NCBI GenBank assembly: GCA_022760435.1
Contig: JALEFY010000037.1
Span: 211,944 to 275,943, forward strand
Origin: Neomegalonema sp.
Lineage (GTDB): Bacteria; Pseudomonadota; Alphaproteobacteria; Rhodobacterales; Rhodobacteraceae
Direction: 5' to 3'
Length of the DNA stretch: 64,000 nt
The notes beneath the pieces were generated by a model. The model made no database searches. It was not told where the DNA came from and saw nothing but the letters and a program-made list of their open reading frames with translations. Positions 51,685-61,507 of this stretch are shown piece by piece; position 1 is the stretch's first letter; the number at the start of each line of letters is the position of its first letter. The position numbers were made by a program, and so were the translations under genes.

Positions 51685-52872
51685 TCACTTCAGCTTGGCG
51701 ATATCGCTGAGCAGGCCCTGCGGTCCGTTATGGACCACCAGATTGCCGACCCGCCCCGCGATCGTCTCCAATGCCTCGAGCTCCTTGAGCCGAAGCATGA
51801 TCGGGTTCTCCTCCATCACCTTGGCGGTGTTGAGCAGCGAGCGCGTGGCGGCTGTCTCCTCGCGCCGGCGGATCACATTGGCCTGAGCCTGTTTCTCCGC
51901 ACTCACCACCTGGTTCAGGATCTCGCGCATCTCACCCGGCAAGATCACGTCCTTGAGCGCGATCTCGCCGACCTCGATGCCGATTTCCCGCATCTCGGAG
52001 CGGATCTGCTCCGCGGCTTCGGCATCGACCGAGACCTTGTTGGCCAGGATCTCGTCGAGCGTCTTCGCCCCGAGGGTCTTGCGGAAGGCGTATTGAACCG
52101 CCCGGTACAGCGCGTCCGAATAGTCCTTCACCTCCCGCACCGCTTTCAGCGGATCGGTGACCCGGTAATCCGCCGCCAGATTGACCCGGATCGAGACCCG
52201 GTCCTTGGTCAGGATCTCCTGCCCGGAGACATCGAGCGCGTGCCGGCGCAGATCGACGAGCTTGACGCTGACCGATCGGCCGACGCTCCAGAACAGGGTT
52301 TTACCCGCGCCGAGCATCCGCTGATACGCGCCATCAACAAAAAGCAGGCCCGCCTGCTCGTTCTCGACCTCGACGCGAGTGATGTTGGCCCGCATCCCCG
52401 GTTTGCTCAACAGGCTCTGCGGGGCGATCAGCCGCTCGATCCGGCGCGCGAGAGCTGCCGGGATCTCCTGTGCCTCACGCACATCGAACCGCTCGATCGT
52501 CCACGGACCGGCCGCCGTCCAGACCACCCGGCGCTCATCGGGGCCGAGCAGGCTGTCGGGCTGACCATTACGGGTGATCAACGCAATCTCATCGGCGCTG
52601 GTGCGGATCTCGGTCAAATGGGCCTCGACCAGATCCGGGCGCTCGCGAAACAACGCCTGCGCATAGGAAGACGAGAAGTCGGGATTGCCCAGCGCGTGCC
52701 GCTCGATCTCCACAGCCTTGCCCGCCGAGCGGAGCACGTGCTCGCCGGGGGTGAGGATGTCGGAAAAGCGACCTTGCACCAATACCAGTGCGCGCTCGTT
52801 CTCCGAAATGGTCAGGCGGGTTCGCCCGAGAAGGGCGTCGATCATCAATTTCATGGTCTGGGTCATCGTCAT
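51685..52872 (-). CDS. SPFH/band-7 domain protein without N-terminal TM
   Basis: About 395 aa. The C-terminal half has SPFH and coiled-coil features (ILTKDRVSIRVNLAADYRV..., EAAEQIRSEMREIGIEVGEIALKDV...QANVIRRREET). The N-terminal ~190 aa is soluble and unassigned. Confidence 0.7.
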   Translation of the reverse strand: MTMTQTMKLMIDALLGRTRLTISENERALVLVQGRFSDILTPGEHVLRSAGKAVEIERHALGNPDFSSSYAQALFRERPDLVEAHLTEIRTSADEIALITRNGQPDSLLGPDERRVVWTAAGPWTIERFDVREAQEIPAALARRIERLIAPQSLLSKPGMRANITRVEVENEQAGLLFVDGAYQRMLGAGKTLFWSVGRSVSVKLVDLRRHALDVSGQEILTKDRVSIRVNLAADYRVTDPLKAVREVKDYSDALYRAVQYAFRKTLGAKTLDEILANKVSVDAEAAEQIRSEMREIGIEVGEIALKDVILPGEMREILNQVVSAEKQAQANVIRRREETAATRSLLNTAKVMEENPIMLRLKELEALETIAGRVGNLVVHNGPQGLLSDIAKLK

Positions 52873-53246
52873 TCTCGTCTGTCTTGTCGCTACCAGGGGT
52901 CGTCCATGGACGCTCTTTCGTTTGGGGTTGAGGGTTGAAGGGTAAGGCCGCCTTGTGGAAGGGCGAGGGCAGGGATCTTCGGAGCCTGCCAGACGGGGCG
53001 CGAACGGGCTGGATGGAGTGGACGTCGAAGATTGTCGGCGGGGCGGCATGCCGCAGCAGACCACCTGACCGAGAACCGTCTAAGCCATGCCATCGAGCAC
53101 AAGGCGCGCGCCGCGCCGCCGGACCGGAACTCATCCCGCAACGCCGAAGCGATGACGGGCCTCATCCTCTGCGCGGCCAGGCCGCTCCGAAGACCATTGC
53201 GTATGCCAGCACCTGAAGCTGGTGAAACCTTCAAAGGGTTTCGAGG

Positions 53247-53319
53247 GGCAAATGACGGGAATCGAACCCGCTTCCAACAGAGTAACAGTCTGCTGCTCTA
53301 CCATATGAGCTACATATGC
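53247..53319 (-). tRNA. tRNA-Asn (anticodon GTT)
   Basis: The minus-strand sequence GCATATG-TA-GCTC-ATATGGTA-GAGC-A-GCAGA-CTGTTAC-TCTGT-TGGAA-GCGGG-TTCGATT-CCCGT-CATTTGC-C folds as a cloverleaf with a GTT anticodon. There is one T:T acceptor-stem mismatch, and the 3' tail is encoded as CCT. Confidence 0.7.
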
Positions 53320-53527
53320 GTCTCAGTCCCGTTTTCCGGGGCAGCGGCAAACGCGGTGGCAGGGCCAGGCGCTCCGGCGCGGTTTGGACCCGCGGCCAAG
53401 GCTGCTCAAGGAAGTCTCGGAAGACCGAGGCGCGCAAAATGGTGATTTGTTCGGCTTAACACAAGGAGAAAACCCCTGAACGGCGAGAGGTGCCTTCAGG
53501 TGTCACCCAAAAGCATCTTCGCACGCG

Positions 53528-54808
53528 TCAGAGCAGGACCTGCACGCAGATCATCGCAAAGACCAGCGCCAGATCCGCCACCAGAAACGGGATGACCCCG
53601 GCAAAGATCTGCTCGAGCTTCACATGATCCTTGGCCACCGAGTGGATCACGAACACATTGAGCCCGACCGGCGGCGTGATCATGCCGATCTCCAGGAGCT
53701 TGGCGAGCAGCAGACCGAACCAGATCTTCTCAACGCCATAGCTCGCCATGAGCGGCAGGAACAGCGGCAGGGTGAGCAGCATCGCGCCGATCGGCTCGAG
53801 GAACATGCCGAGCGCGAGATAGACGAGCACGATCATCAGCAGCAGCGCGAACAGCCCCAGCTCCATGCCGCCGATCCAGCCCGAGAGCGCCGAGGACAGG
53901 CCGGAAAAGGCGACGAGCCGGGTGAACAGATTTGCGCCAATCGCGATCATGAATAGCGAGCCGCAGGCCAGCAGGGTATCGACGACGCTCTCCCGAAAAT
54001 CATGCCAACTCAAGGTGCCGCGCGCGACCGCAATCAGGATCGAGAACACCGCCCCGACCGCGCCAGCTTCGGTGGCGGTGAACAGGCCCGAGAACAGGCC
54101 GCCAAACACCACCGCGATCAGCAGCAGCACTGGCCAGACCTCACGCGTGGCCCGCAACCTCTCGGCCAGCGAGTGGCCTTGCGCGGCGGGCAGGCGCTCG
54201 GGCCAGCGCCAATAGACCACAAAGATCGCCGCGATATAGAAGGCGAGGGATAACAGCCCCACGACCAGCCCGCCCATGAAGAGCTGGGTGATCGAAACCT
54301 CCGCCTGAATGCCATAGAGAATGAGCAGGATCGAGGGCGGGATCAGCGCGCCGATGGTGCCACCCGCGGCGACAGAGCCGGTAGCGATGCGGATGTCATA
54401 GCCCTGCTTCTTCATCTCCGGCACTGCGATCCGGCCGATCGCGGCCGAGCAGGCAACCGAGGAGCCGGTCACGGCCGCAAAGCCGCTCGCCCCGAACAGC
54501 GCCGCGATCGCAAGCCCGCCCGGCAGCCATCCCCACCAGATCCGCGCGGCCTCGAACAACCCCTTGGTCAGTCCCGAATGATAGGCGACATACCCCATCA
54601 GCAAGAACATGGGCACAGAGGACAGGGTCCAGCTCGCGGCAAAACCGTAAGGCGCGGTGGACATCAGCGAGAAGGCCGGACGCCAGCCGACAATGCTCCA
54701 GATCCCGATCACCGAGACCACGATCAGCGACACGGCGACCGGCACGCGCAGCGCAATCAGACCGAGCACGCCCGCCAGGCAAAGCAGGCCGATGGTAAGC
54801 GGGTCCAT
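53528..54808 (-). CDS. dctM: TRAP transporter large permease
   Basis: 426 aa 12-TM protein of the DctM family. Confidence 0.92.
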   Translation of the reverse strand: MDPLTIGLLCLAGVLGLIALRVPVAVSLIVVSVIGIWSIVGWRPAFSLMSTAPYGFAASWTLSSVPMFLLMGYVAYHSGLTKGLFEAARIWWGWLPGGLAIAALFGASGFAAVTGSSVACSAAIGRIAVPEMKKQGYDIRIATGSVAAGGTIGALIPPSILLILYGIQAEVSITQLFMGGLVVGLLSLAFYIAAIFVVYWRWPERLPAAQGHSLAERLRATREVWPVLLLIAVVFGGLFSGLFTATEAGAVGAVFSILIAVARGTLSWHDFRESVVDTLLACGSLFMIAIGANLFTRLVAFSGLSSALSGWIGGMELGLFALLLMIVLVYLALGMFLEPIGAMLLTLPLFLPLMASYGVEKIWFGLLLAKLLEIGMITPPVGLNVFVIHSVAKDHVKLEQIFAGVIPFLVADLALVFAMICVQVLL

Positions 54809-55350
54809 CAGATCACCTCGTCATCATGCGGGCCCATCAGGGCGACATCGTCATGGGGGTCGTCGGAGAACGAGCCGCCGAGCACGGTGATCAGGCGCAA
54901 GACACAGATCAGCACCATCATCCCGAAGCCAATCACCGGGATCCAGTAGGCTGGCCAGGTAACGAAATCCATCGTCCCGGCCTCGACATAAGCGCCGCGT
55001 GCGGTCTTGGAGAGCGCGTCCGTCGCCGATCCCCAGGTCAGCAGCCCATAGGCGCCCGCCGAAAGCAGGAAGCCGAAAAAGAACACCACCGGCATCAGGC
55101 TCTTGGGCAGATAATCGGTGAAGATCGTCGCCTCGATATGCCGCCGCCGCAGCTCGGCATAGGCGACGGGCAGAAAGCTGACCGCGACCATGAAATATTT
55201 CGCGACCAGCTCGGCAGTGACCGGAAACCCGGCCCCCACCACATTTCGCAAGAAAACATCGATGACGATCAGGAGCGCCATCAGGCACAGGATCGCTCCG
55301 CCAAACAGAATTACCGTATGCGAGATGAAACGCTCCAGACCGCGCATCAA
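54808..55350 (-). CDS. dctQ: TRAP transporter small permease
   Basis: 180 aa 4-TM protein immediately upstream of dctM with an overlapping stop/start. Confidence 0.85.
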   Translation of the reverse strand: MMRGLERFISHTVILFGGAILCLMALLIVIDVFLRNVVGAGFPVTAELVAKYFMVAVSFLPVAYAELRRRHIEATIFTDYLPKSLMPVVFFFGFLLSAGAYGLLTWGSATDALSKTARGAYVEAGTMDFVTWPAYWIPVIGFGMMVLICVLRLITVLGGSFSDDPHDDVALMGPHDDEVI

Positions 55351-55356
55351 TGCCTC

Positions 55357-56457
55357 CTATTGGCCGTAAGTGGCGAGATCGACCTTCGACCAGATCTCGT
55401 CATGACGCAGCTTGGCGAGTTGCTCGGCGGTGGTGTCATCGCCCACCAGCCCGTGCCATTTCTCGACCAGAGCGAGATAGCGGGCGACCTTGTCGGCCGC
55501 ATTGGTCACGCCGCGCTTTTCGAGCGTCTCGGCGACCGAGGCCAGATGCGCCGCATCGAAATCGGCCAGTGCCTTTGTGATGCTCGCATCCGGTGCGTGA
55601 AAGCCAATGCCCTGCTCGGCCCCCTTGCTGCGCCCTTCGCGGTCTGCCTCGAGCCAGCCCAGCACATCGACGCCTTGCGCATATTGGGTGGCGCGCACCA
55701 GCGCGTCGCGCTCCTCGATCGACATGCGGTCCCACAGCATGCGGCTGGCATTGGTCACCGCCGCGCCGTTGAACACGCCGTGATTGATGTCGAGCACATC
55801 GGTCACAACATCATAGAGACGCGCGAGTTTCAGCTCGGCGGCCGAAGAATAGGTGCCGTCGATCACGCCGGAGTTCAGCGCTTCAAAGAGCTGGCTGGAG
55901 GGCATCTGAACCGGCTCGGCGCCCAGCGCCTCGACGGTGCGGGTAAAGACCGGCCCGGCGGTGCGGATGCGCTTGCCCTGGAAATCGGCCAGCGTGGTGA
56001 TCGGGCTGCGCGACAGGATGTTGTAGGTCGGCGTGGTGTCCGAGCCCAGATAGACCTGACGGAACTCGGCAAACTCCGCCTGGCACTCGGCGCAGGTGAC
56101 AATATACTCGGTCACCGCCGAGGAGATGGCGAGGTTGTTGGACCCGGCGATCAGCAGCTCGGCGGTCAGACCGCTTTCGGGATAATCGGCGGCGAAATAG
56201 GGCATGAGCAGCGCGCCAAGCTCGGTGACACCGTCACGCAGGCCGGTGTTCATCTCGTTGGGGGCAACCAGCCCGCCGGGGGTGTCTTGCAGCGTCCACT
56301 TGCCGCCCGTGTATTCCTCGAGCTTTTGCGCGATCGCCGGATAGACCTTGGTCGCGAGCACATGCGAGGGGCCAAAGCCGCTGGTGGCACGGATGGTCTC
56401 GGCCTGAGCGGTGGTGGCGGCAAGCAGGACCGCCGAAGCTAGCAATACTGATCTCAT
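55357..56457 (-). CDS. dctP: TRAP transporter substrate-binding protein (DctP family)
   Basis: Signal peptide MRSVLLASAVLLAATTAQA and a GGGAGGAAG RBS. It lies adjacent to dctQM. Confidence 0.8.
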   Translation of the reverse strand: MRSVLLASAVLLAATTAQAETIRATSGFGPSHVLATKVYPAIAQKLEEYTGGKWTLQDTPGGLVAPNEMNTGLRDGVTELGALLMPYFAADYPESGLTAELLIAGSNNLAISSAVTEYIVTCAECQAEFAEFRQVYLGSDTTPTYNILSRSPITTLADFQGKRIRTAGPVFTRTVEALGAEPVQMPSSQLFEALNSGVIDGTYSSAAELKLARLYDVVTDVLDINHGVFNGAAVTNASRMLWDRMSIEERDALVRATQYAQGVDVLGWLEADREGRSKGAEQGIGFHAPDASITKALADFDAAHLASVAETLEKRGVTNAADKVARYLALVEKWHGLVGDDTTAEQLAKLRHDEIWSKVDLATYGQ

Positions 56458-56565
56458 TTCTTCCTCCCGTTCGGGGTGCCGGATCTGGCAGTTTGCGCCC
56501 GGCATCGCCCTCGTTCTCTTGTCGTGTCGAGGATCGCGCCGGACGGGCCGCCGCGATCGGTGGTG

Positions 56566-58167
56566 TCAGCCGATCAGCGCCGCCCACATCGGGGCGCGCG
56601 CCTGCCCGAGCCGCTGGGCGCGCGTGCAAAGCCGGCGCATCAGTTCGGGATCGGCTGCCTGATCCGCCGCGGCGGCGATCCGGGACCAGACGGTCTGGAA
56701 GGCCAGTTCGGCGGTAAGCTGGAGAAAGGCATCGGCGACCGGGCCGGGATCGGCCATCGCCGCCACCTGGGCGCGCGCGCCCTGCCAGATCGGCAGGATC
56801 CGGGCGAGGGTCTCGCCGCAAGCGCTGGCCGCCTCGGCTTGCACGAAGGCCTCGAAAGCCTGGGCCGCGGCGCCGTTCTTGTAGCGCAGCAGCCTTGTCG
56901 CCAGGGTCATCGCGTGGATGCCATTGGCGCCCTCATAGATCGCGGCGATCCGCGCATCGCGCCAGTTCTGCTCGGCGCGGTATTCGGCGAGATAGCCGTA
57001 GCCGCCCAGCACCTGAATGGCCCGATCCGCAGCGAGGATCCCGGCATCCGTGCAGGCGGCCTTGCAGATCGGGGTCAGGAAATCGACCAGCGCCTCATCC
57101 GCCCCGCTTTCGAGCGCGGCCATGGCGATATGGCAGAGCCCGCGCCCGGCGATGGCGGCGATCTGCGCCTCCTCGATCATCCGCTGCACATCGCCATGCT
57201 GATCGAGCCGCGCTGGCGAGCCATCGGGCAAGCGGCCCTGCTGGCGCTCGGCGGCATAGCGGCGGGCGATATCCGCGCCGCGCGCTGCATGCGCGACGCC
57301 TTGCAGCGCCACGTCGAGCCGCGCGTGGTTCATCATCGTGAACATCGCCATCAGCCCCTGACCTTGCGCCCCGATCAGTTCGGCATGGGCGTTCTCGAAC
57401 ACCATCTGGCAGGTCGGCGAGGCGTGAAGGCCCATCTTCTCCTCGATCCGCGCCACGGAGACCGCGTTGCGCTGCCCGTCTTGCGCGCTAGGGCACAGGA
57501 ACAGCGACAGGCCCTTGACCCCGTCTTCCATGCTGCCGGTGCGGGCGAGCACGAGATGCAAGATCCCCTCGCTCATGTCCTGATCGCCGCCGGAGATGAA
57601 GATCTTCTCGCCGCTGAGGCGCCAGGCCGCGCCATCGGGCTCGGCGCGGGTCCGCACCACCGACAGATCCGAGCCCGCGCCCGGCTCGGTCAGGCACATG
57701 GTCGAAAGCCAGGCCCCCGAGGCCAGCAGCGGCAAGTAGCGCGCCTGCTGCTCGGGCGAGCCGAAATGCATCAGCGTGCGCGCGGCGCCCGGCACCAGGC
57801 CCGTGACCATCTGCAAGGATTGATTGGCGCCGGAGAACACTTCCGAGACCGCCGCCATGGTCAGCGCGTCCATGCCCTGACCGCCATGCTCGACCGGCAG
57901 CGTCAGCCCTTGCCAGCCCTGCTCGGCAAGCTGGGCATAGACCGCGCCAAAACCTTCGGGCATGCGCACCCGCCCCGCCACGAGCCGACACCCTTCGCGG
58001 TCCCCGGTCTCATCGCTCGGCGCGATCTCGCCCTGCGCAAAGCTCGCGAAATGGCCCAGCAGCTCGGCGGTGAGATCGTATTCCCAGTCCGGCAGCACCG
58101 CCTCGGCCCGCGCGACATGGCGCAGCGAGAACAGGATGTCATCCACCGGCGCGCTGAACGGGGTCAT
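56566..58167 (-). CDS. acyl-CoA dehydrogenase (long form with extra C-terminal domain)
   Basis: 533 aa with ACAD N/M/C domains plus a C-terminal extension. Confidence 0.85.
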   Translation of the reverse strand: MTPFSAPVDDILFSLRHVARAEAVLPDWEYDLTAELLGHFASFAQGEIAPSDETGDREGCRLVAGRVRMPEGFGAVYAQLAEQGWQGLTLPVEHGGQGMDALTMAAVSEVFSGANQSLQMVTGLVPGAARTLMHFGSPEQQARYLPLLASGAWLSTMCLTEPGAGSDLSVVRTRAEPDGAAWRLSGEKIFISGGDQDMSEGILHLVLARTGSMEDGVKGLSLFLCPSAQDGQRNAVSVARIEEKMGLHASPTCQMVFENAHAELIGAQGQGLMAMFTMMNHARLDVALQGVAHAARGADIARRYAAERQQGRLPDGSPARLDQHGDVQRMIEEAQIAAIAGRGLCHIAMAALESGADEALVDFLTPICKAACTDAGILAADRAIQVLGGYGYLAEYRAEQNWRDARIAAIYEGANGIHAMTLATRLLRYKNGAAAQAFEAFVQAEAASACGETLARILPIWQGARAQVAAMADPGPVADAFLQLTAELAFQTVWSRIAAAADQAADPELMRRLCTRAQRLGQARAPMWAALIG

Positions 58168-59054
58168 GCGCCGCCTCCCTGTTCGGCGATACCGAGCAGG
58201 CGCATCGCGTTCTCCTTCAGGATCAGCGGGCGCACCTCATCGCGAAACTCCGCCTTGTCGAAGGCGTCGAGCCATTTCTCCGGCGCGATCATCGGCCAGT
58301 CGGAGCCGAACAGCATCTTCTTTTTCAGCAGCGTATTGGCGTACTGGATCAGGATCTTCGGGAAGTATTTCGGCGACCAGCCCGACAGGTCGATATAGAC
58401 ATTGGGCTTGTGCTGGGCGACCGCGAGCGCTTCCTCCTGCCAGGGGAAGGATGGATGCGCGAGGATGATCGGCATGTCGGGGAAATCCACCGCCACATCG
58501 TCCATATACATCGGGTTCGAGTATTTGAGCCGCATCCCGTTGCCGCCCTTCATCCCCGAGCCGACCCCGGTCTGGCCGGTGTGAAACAGCGCTGGCTTGC
58601 CGGTCTCGGCGATCGCCTCATAGAGCGGATAGGCCATGCGGTCATTGGGGTAAAAGCCCTGCATGGTCGGGTGGAATTTGAAGCCCTGCACGCCGTGATT
58701 GGCCACGAGGTCGCGGGCCTCACGCGCGCCGAGCTTGCCCTTGGCCGGGTCGATCGAGGCAAACGGGATCAGGATGTCGCTGTTCTTGGCGCAGGCTTGT
58801 GCGACCTCGTAATTGTTGTAGCGCCGATAGCCGGTCTCGCGCTCGGCATCGACCGGGAAGATCACCGCGGCGATGTTCTGCGCCCGGTAATGCGCTGCGG
58901 TCTCATCGATGGTCGGCGGATGCGTCCAGGGCGCGCCGAAATACTTCGCCATCGTGGTTTGCAGATCGTCATAGCCATCATCGGCGTGGCAGCCGCAGGG
59001 CTCCTCGGCATGGGTATGAAAATCGATCGCCCGGACCTTTGAAAAATCAACCAT
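58164..59054 (-). CDS. amidohydrolase-2 family metal-dependent hydrolase
   Basis: 296 aa with HxH (IDFHTHA), later His residues and the conserved Asp (MLFGSDWP), consistent with PF04909. Confidence 0.8.
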   Translation of the reverse strand: MVDFSKVRAIDFHTHAEEPCGCHADDGYDDLQTTMAKYFGAPWTHPPTIDETAAHYRAQNIAAVIFPVDAERETGYRRYNNYEVAQACAKNSDILIPFASIDPAKGKLGAREARDLVANHGVQGFKFHPTMQGFYPNDRMAYPLYEAIAETGKPALFHTGQTGVGSGMKGGNGMRLKYSNPMYMDDVAVDFPDMPIILAHPSFPWQEEALAVAQHKPNVYIDLSGWSPKYFPKILIQYANTLLKKKMLFGSDWPMIAPEKWLDAFDKAEFRDEVRPLILKENAMRLLGIAEQGGGA

Positions 59055-59065
59055 TTAAGTTCCCC

Positions 59066-60886
59066 TCATACCCGGATCAGCGCCGGGTCCTCATTATCGT
59101 AGAGCCGCTCGAGAAGGTCGTGGCGGCGGGTGATGATCTTGCGCACATTGAGGCTGCCCTTGTCGGTGATCTCGTGATCCTTCACCGAAGGCGGCTCGGC
59201 GAGGATCAGCGCGCGGGTGATGCGTTTGGCCGAGCCGGTGGCGCTTTTGGCGAGCTCGCGTAGCGCCGCCTCGATCTCGGCCTGCAAGATGGCGTCGACC
59301 ACCGCGCCCTGCGCCTGGTTGTCGCCATGCACATGATCGGGCAGCGGGAAGATCAGAAGGCCGATCTCGCCGCGATCATGGCCGCAGATCACCACGTCCT
59401 GCACCAGCCCGCGCAGCGCCGCCAACGCCTCGAGCCGCAGCGTGCTGGCCTGCACCCAGGTGCCGGTGGTCAGCTTGAAATCCTCCGACACCCGGCCGTC
59501 AAAGCGCAGGCCCCGCGCCGCATCACCCTCATCGACAAAGCGCACCGCGTCGCCGGTGATCAGATACCCTGCGGCATCGAAAGCGGCGGCGGATTTGGCG
59601 GCGTCCTGCCAGTAGCCGCTCATCACGTTCGGCCCCTTCACCCGCAGCTCGCAGCGCATCTCGTCATCGGGCAGAAGCCGCGCCTCGACCCCCGGCAGCG
59701 GCACGCCGATCACGCCGGAGCGCCCGATCGGCTCATGCACCATCAGGCAGGCGGGGGCGGTCTCGGTCATCCCCCAGCTCGAGGTCATCAGCGGCAAGCG
59801 CCCGCGCTCCTCCATCGCGAAACGCTCGAGCGCGCTCCACACATCCTGCGGCAGCGAGGCACCGGCATAGAAGATGAGGTCAAGATCGCCGAAATAGGCC
59901 CGGCGCAGCGCGGCGTCATTCGCCATCGCCTGCACCAGCATCGCGAACCCGACCGGGACATTGAAGGCGAGGGTGCCGGCATGGGCGCGGATATTCTCCA
60001 GCGTGCGGGCAAAGCCGGCCTTGGTCGGCTTGCCATCGTCAATATAGAAGCTGCCGCCATTGGCCAGCATCATGTTGAAATTATGCGAGCCGCCGAAGAC
60101 ATGGTTCCAGGGCAGCCAGTCGAGCACCCGGTGCGCCCGCTCCGCGAGGAAGGGCAGCGCGCCGACGATCTGCGCCTGGTTGGCGCACATCATGCCATGC
60201 GTGGTCAGCACGCCCTTGGGATCGGAGGAAGAGCCCGAGGTAAACAGGATCTTGGCCAGCGTGTCCGGCCCGACCCGCGCATGCGCGGCCTCGAGCGCGA
60301 CCGACCCGTCGCCCTTCAGAAGCTCGGCAAAGGCCGTGACCGGGCGCGGGGCGCCTTCGGTACGGCTCGCCACCACTTCGACCCCGGCAAGCTGCGGCAG
60401 TGCCAGCGCCCCCGCATAGCGCTCGGCATCATCGACGAAAGCCATCGCCGGGGAGATCTTGTCGAACACATAAAGCAGGCGGCCATGCGCCTCGGGGATC
60501 AGCGAATATTGCTCGGCCAGGGGCGAGACCGGGATACCCGCATATTGCGCGCCGAGTGAGAGCAGGGCGTGATCGACGCTGTTGCCCGACAGAATCGCGA
60601 TCGGCGTCGTCCCATCGAGCCCGCGCCCGAGCAAGGCAGCGGCGATCGCTCGCACGCTTTGCAGCGCTTCGCGGTAGCTGACCTCTCGCCACCCTGCGCC
60701 CGAGCGCTCGGCCAGAGCGATGCGTTCCGGAGCCTCGCGCGCCCAATGGTGCAGCCAGACGCCGGTATTGCGGGCCACGGGGCCCAGGGGGTAGATTGAG
60801 CGCATGGTCATAGAGCCATCCGGCGCGCGCTCAAGCGTGACCGAATGTGCCGGGGTCGCCACCCCGACTTGCAATGTCCCAGTCAT
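59066..60886 (-). CDS. AMP-dependent CoA ligase, feruloyl-/hydroxycinnamoyl-CoA synthetase-like
   Basis: About 606 aa AMP-binding enzyme (LFTSGSSSDPKGV). Its length and context are typical of Fcs-type ligases. The start was chosen at MTGTLQVG. Confidence 0.8.
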   Translation of the reverse strand: MTGTLQVGVATPAHSVTLERAPDGSMTMRSIYPLGPVARNTGVWLHHWAREAPERIALAERSGAGWREVSYREALQSVRAIAAALLGRGLDGTTPIAILSGNSVDHALLSLGAQYAGIPVSPLAEQYSLIPEAHGRLLYVFDKISPAMAFVDDAERYAGALALPQLAGVEVVASRTEGAPRPVTAFAELLKGDGSVALEAAHARVGPDTLAKILFTSGSSSDPKGVLTTHGMMCANQAQIVGALPFLAERAHRVLDWLPWNHVFGGSHNFNMMLANGGSFYIDDGKPTKAGFARTLENIRAHAGTLAFNVPVGFAMLVQAMANDAALRRAYFGDLDLIFYAGASLPQDVWSALERFAMEERGRLPLMTSSWGMTETAPACLMVHEPIGRSGVIGVPLPGVEARLLPDDEMRCELRVKGPNVMSGYWQDAAKSAAAFDAAGYLITGDAVRFVDEGDAARGLRFDGRVSEDFKLTTGTWVQASTLRLEALAALRGLVQDVVICGHDRGEIGLLIFPLPDHVHGDNQAQGAVVDAILQAEIEAALRELAKSATGSAKRITRALILAEPPSVKDHEITDKGSLNVRKIITRRHDLLERLYDNEDPALIRV

Positions 60887-60973
60887 GATCGTTTCCTCCC
60901 AGAAACGGCTCCGGCCTTGCCGGATCAATGGAGCGCGCCGGTCTTGGTGCCGGTTGCGCCTGAAGTGCCTGTG

Positions 60974-61498
60974 TCAGGCCTCCCCTGTGTCTTCGTCATT
61001 GCCCTCGATCACCCCGAGAAAGCGGCGCAGCGCATGGCGCTCCTGCTCGCTCAGGCCGGCCTGAAGGGCGGCTTCACGGGCCTCGATCGCCGCAGCGATC
61101 CGGTCGTAGAGGCGCCGACCACGCAAGGTGACCCGCAGCGCGTAGCTGCGCCGATCCCCCTCGACCGGGTTGCGCACGATCAACTCGTCATTCTCGAGCT
61201 GATCGACGATCACCACCACCGAGGAGCGCTTGAGCGCCAGCGCCTCGGCCAGCGTGCTCTGGGTGAGGTCCGGGTTCTCGATCACCACCGCCAGCGCCGA
61301 GAAGGTCACCACCTTCAGCCCATGTTCGGCGAGCAGATCATTGACCTCGCGCTCGATGGTCAGATAGGCGCGCTTGAGCCGGTAGCCGGTGAAGGCGCGC
61401 AGCATCTGATCGCCGACTTGCGTGGGCTGATCGGCGCGGGTCACGGGCTTGCTCTGGCTGCTTTGGGTCGGTTTGGTCACTGGCCGGTCCTTCAACAA
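60974..61498 (-). CDS. MarR-family transcriptional regulator
   Basis: 174 aa with a winged-helix core (TQSTLAEALALKRSSVVVIVDQLENDELIVR). Confidence 0.88.
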   Translation of the reverse strand: MLKDRPVTKPTQSSQSKPVTRADQPTQVGDQMLRAFTGYRLKRAYLTIEREVNDLLAEHGLKVVTFSALAVVIENPDLTQSTLAEALALKRSSVVVIVDQLENDELIVRNPVEGDRRSYALRVTLRGRRLYDRIAAAIEAREAALQAGLSEQERHALRRFLGVIEGNDEDTGEA

Positions 61499-61507
61499 TG
61501 CGCGCGT

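Noticed and set aside
46978-53320. Looked for an integrase/transposase and att direct repeats delimiting the island
   Set aside because: None found. No copy of the tRNA-Asn 3' end near the thiC-side boundary, so I cannot call it a mobile element, only a compositionally atypical island.
54826-56442. 538-aa plus-strand ORF
   Set aside because: Antisense to dctQ/dctP.
56476-58398. 640-aa plus-strand ORF
   Set aside because: Antisense to the acyl-CoA dehydrogenase and amidohydrolase genes.
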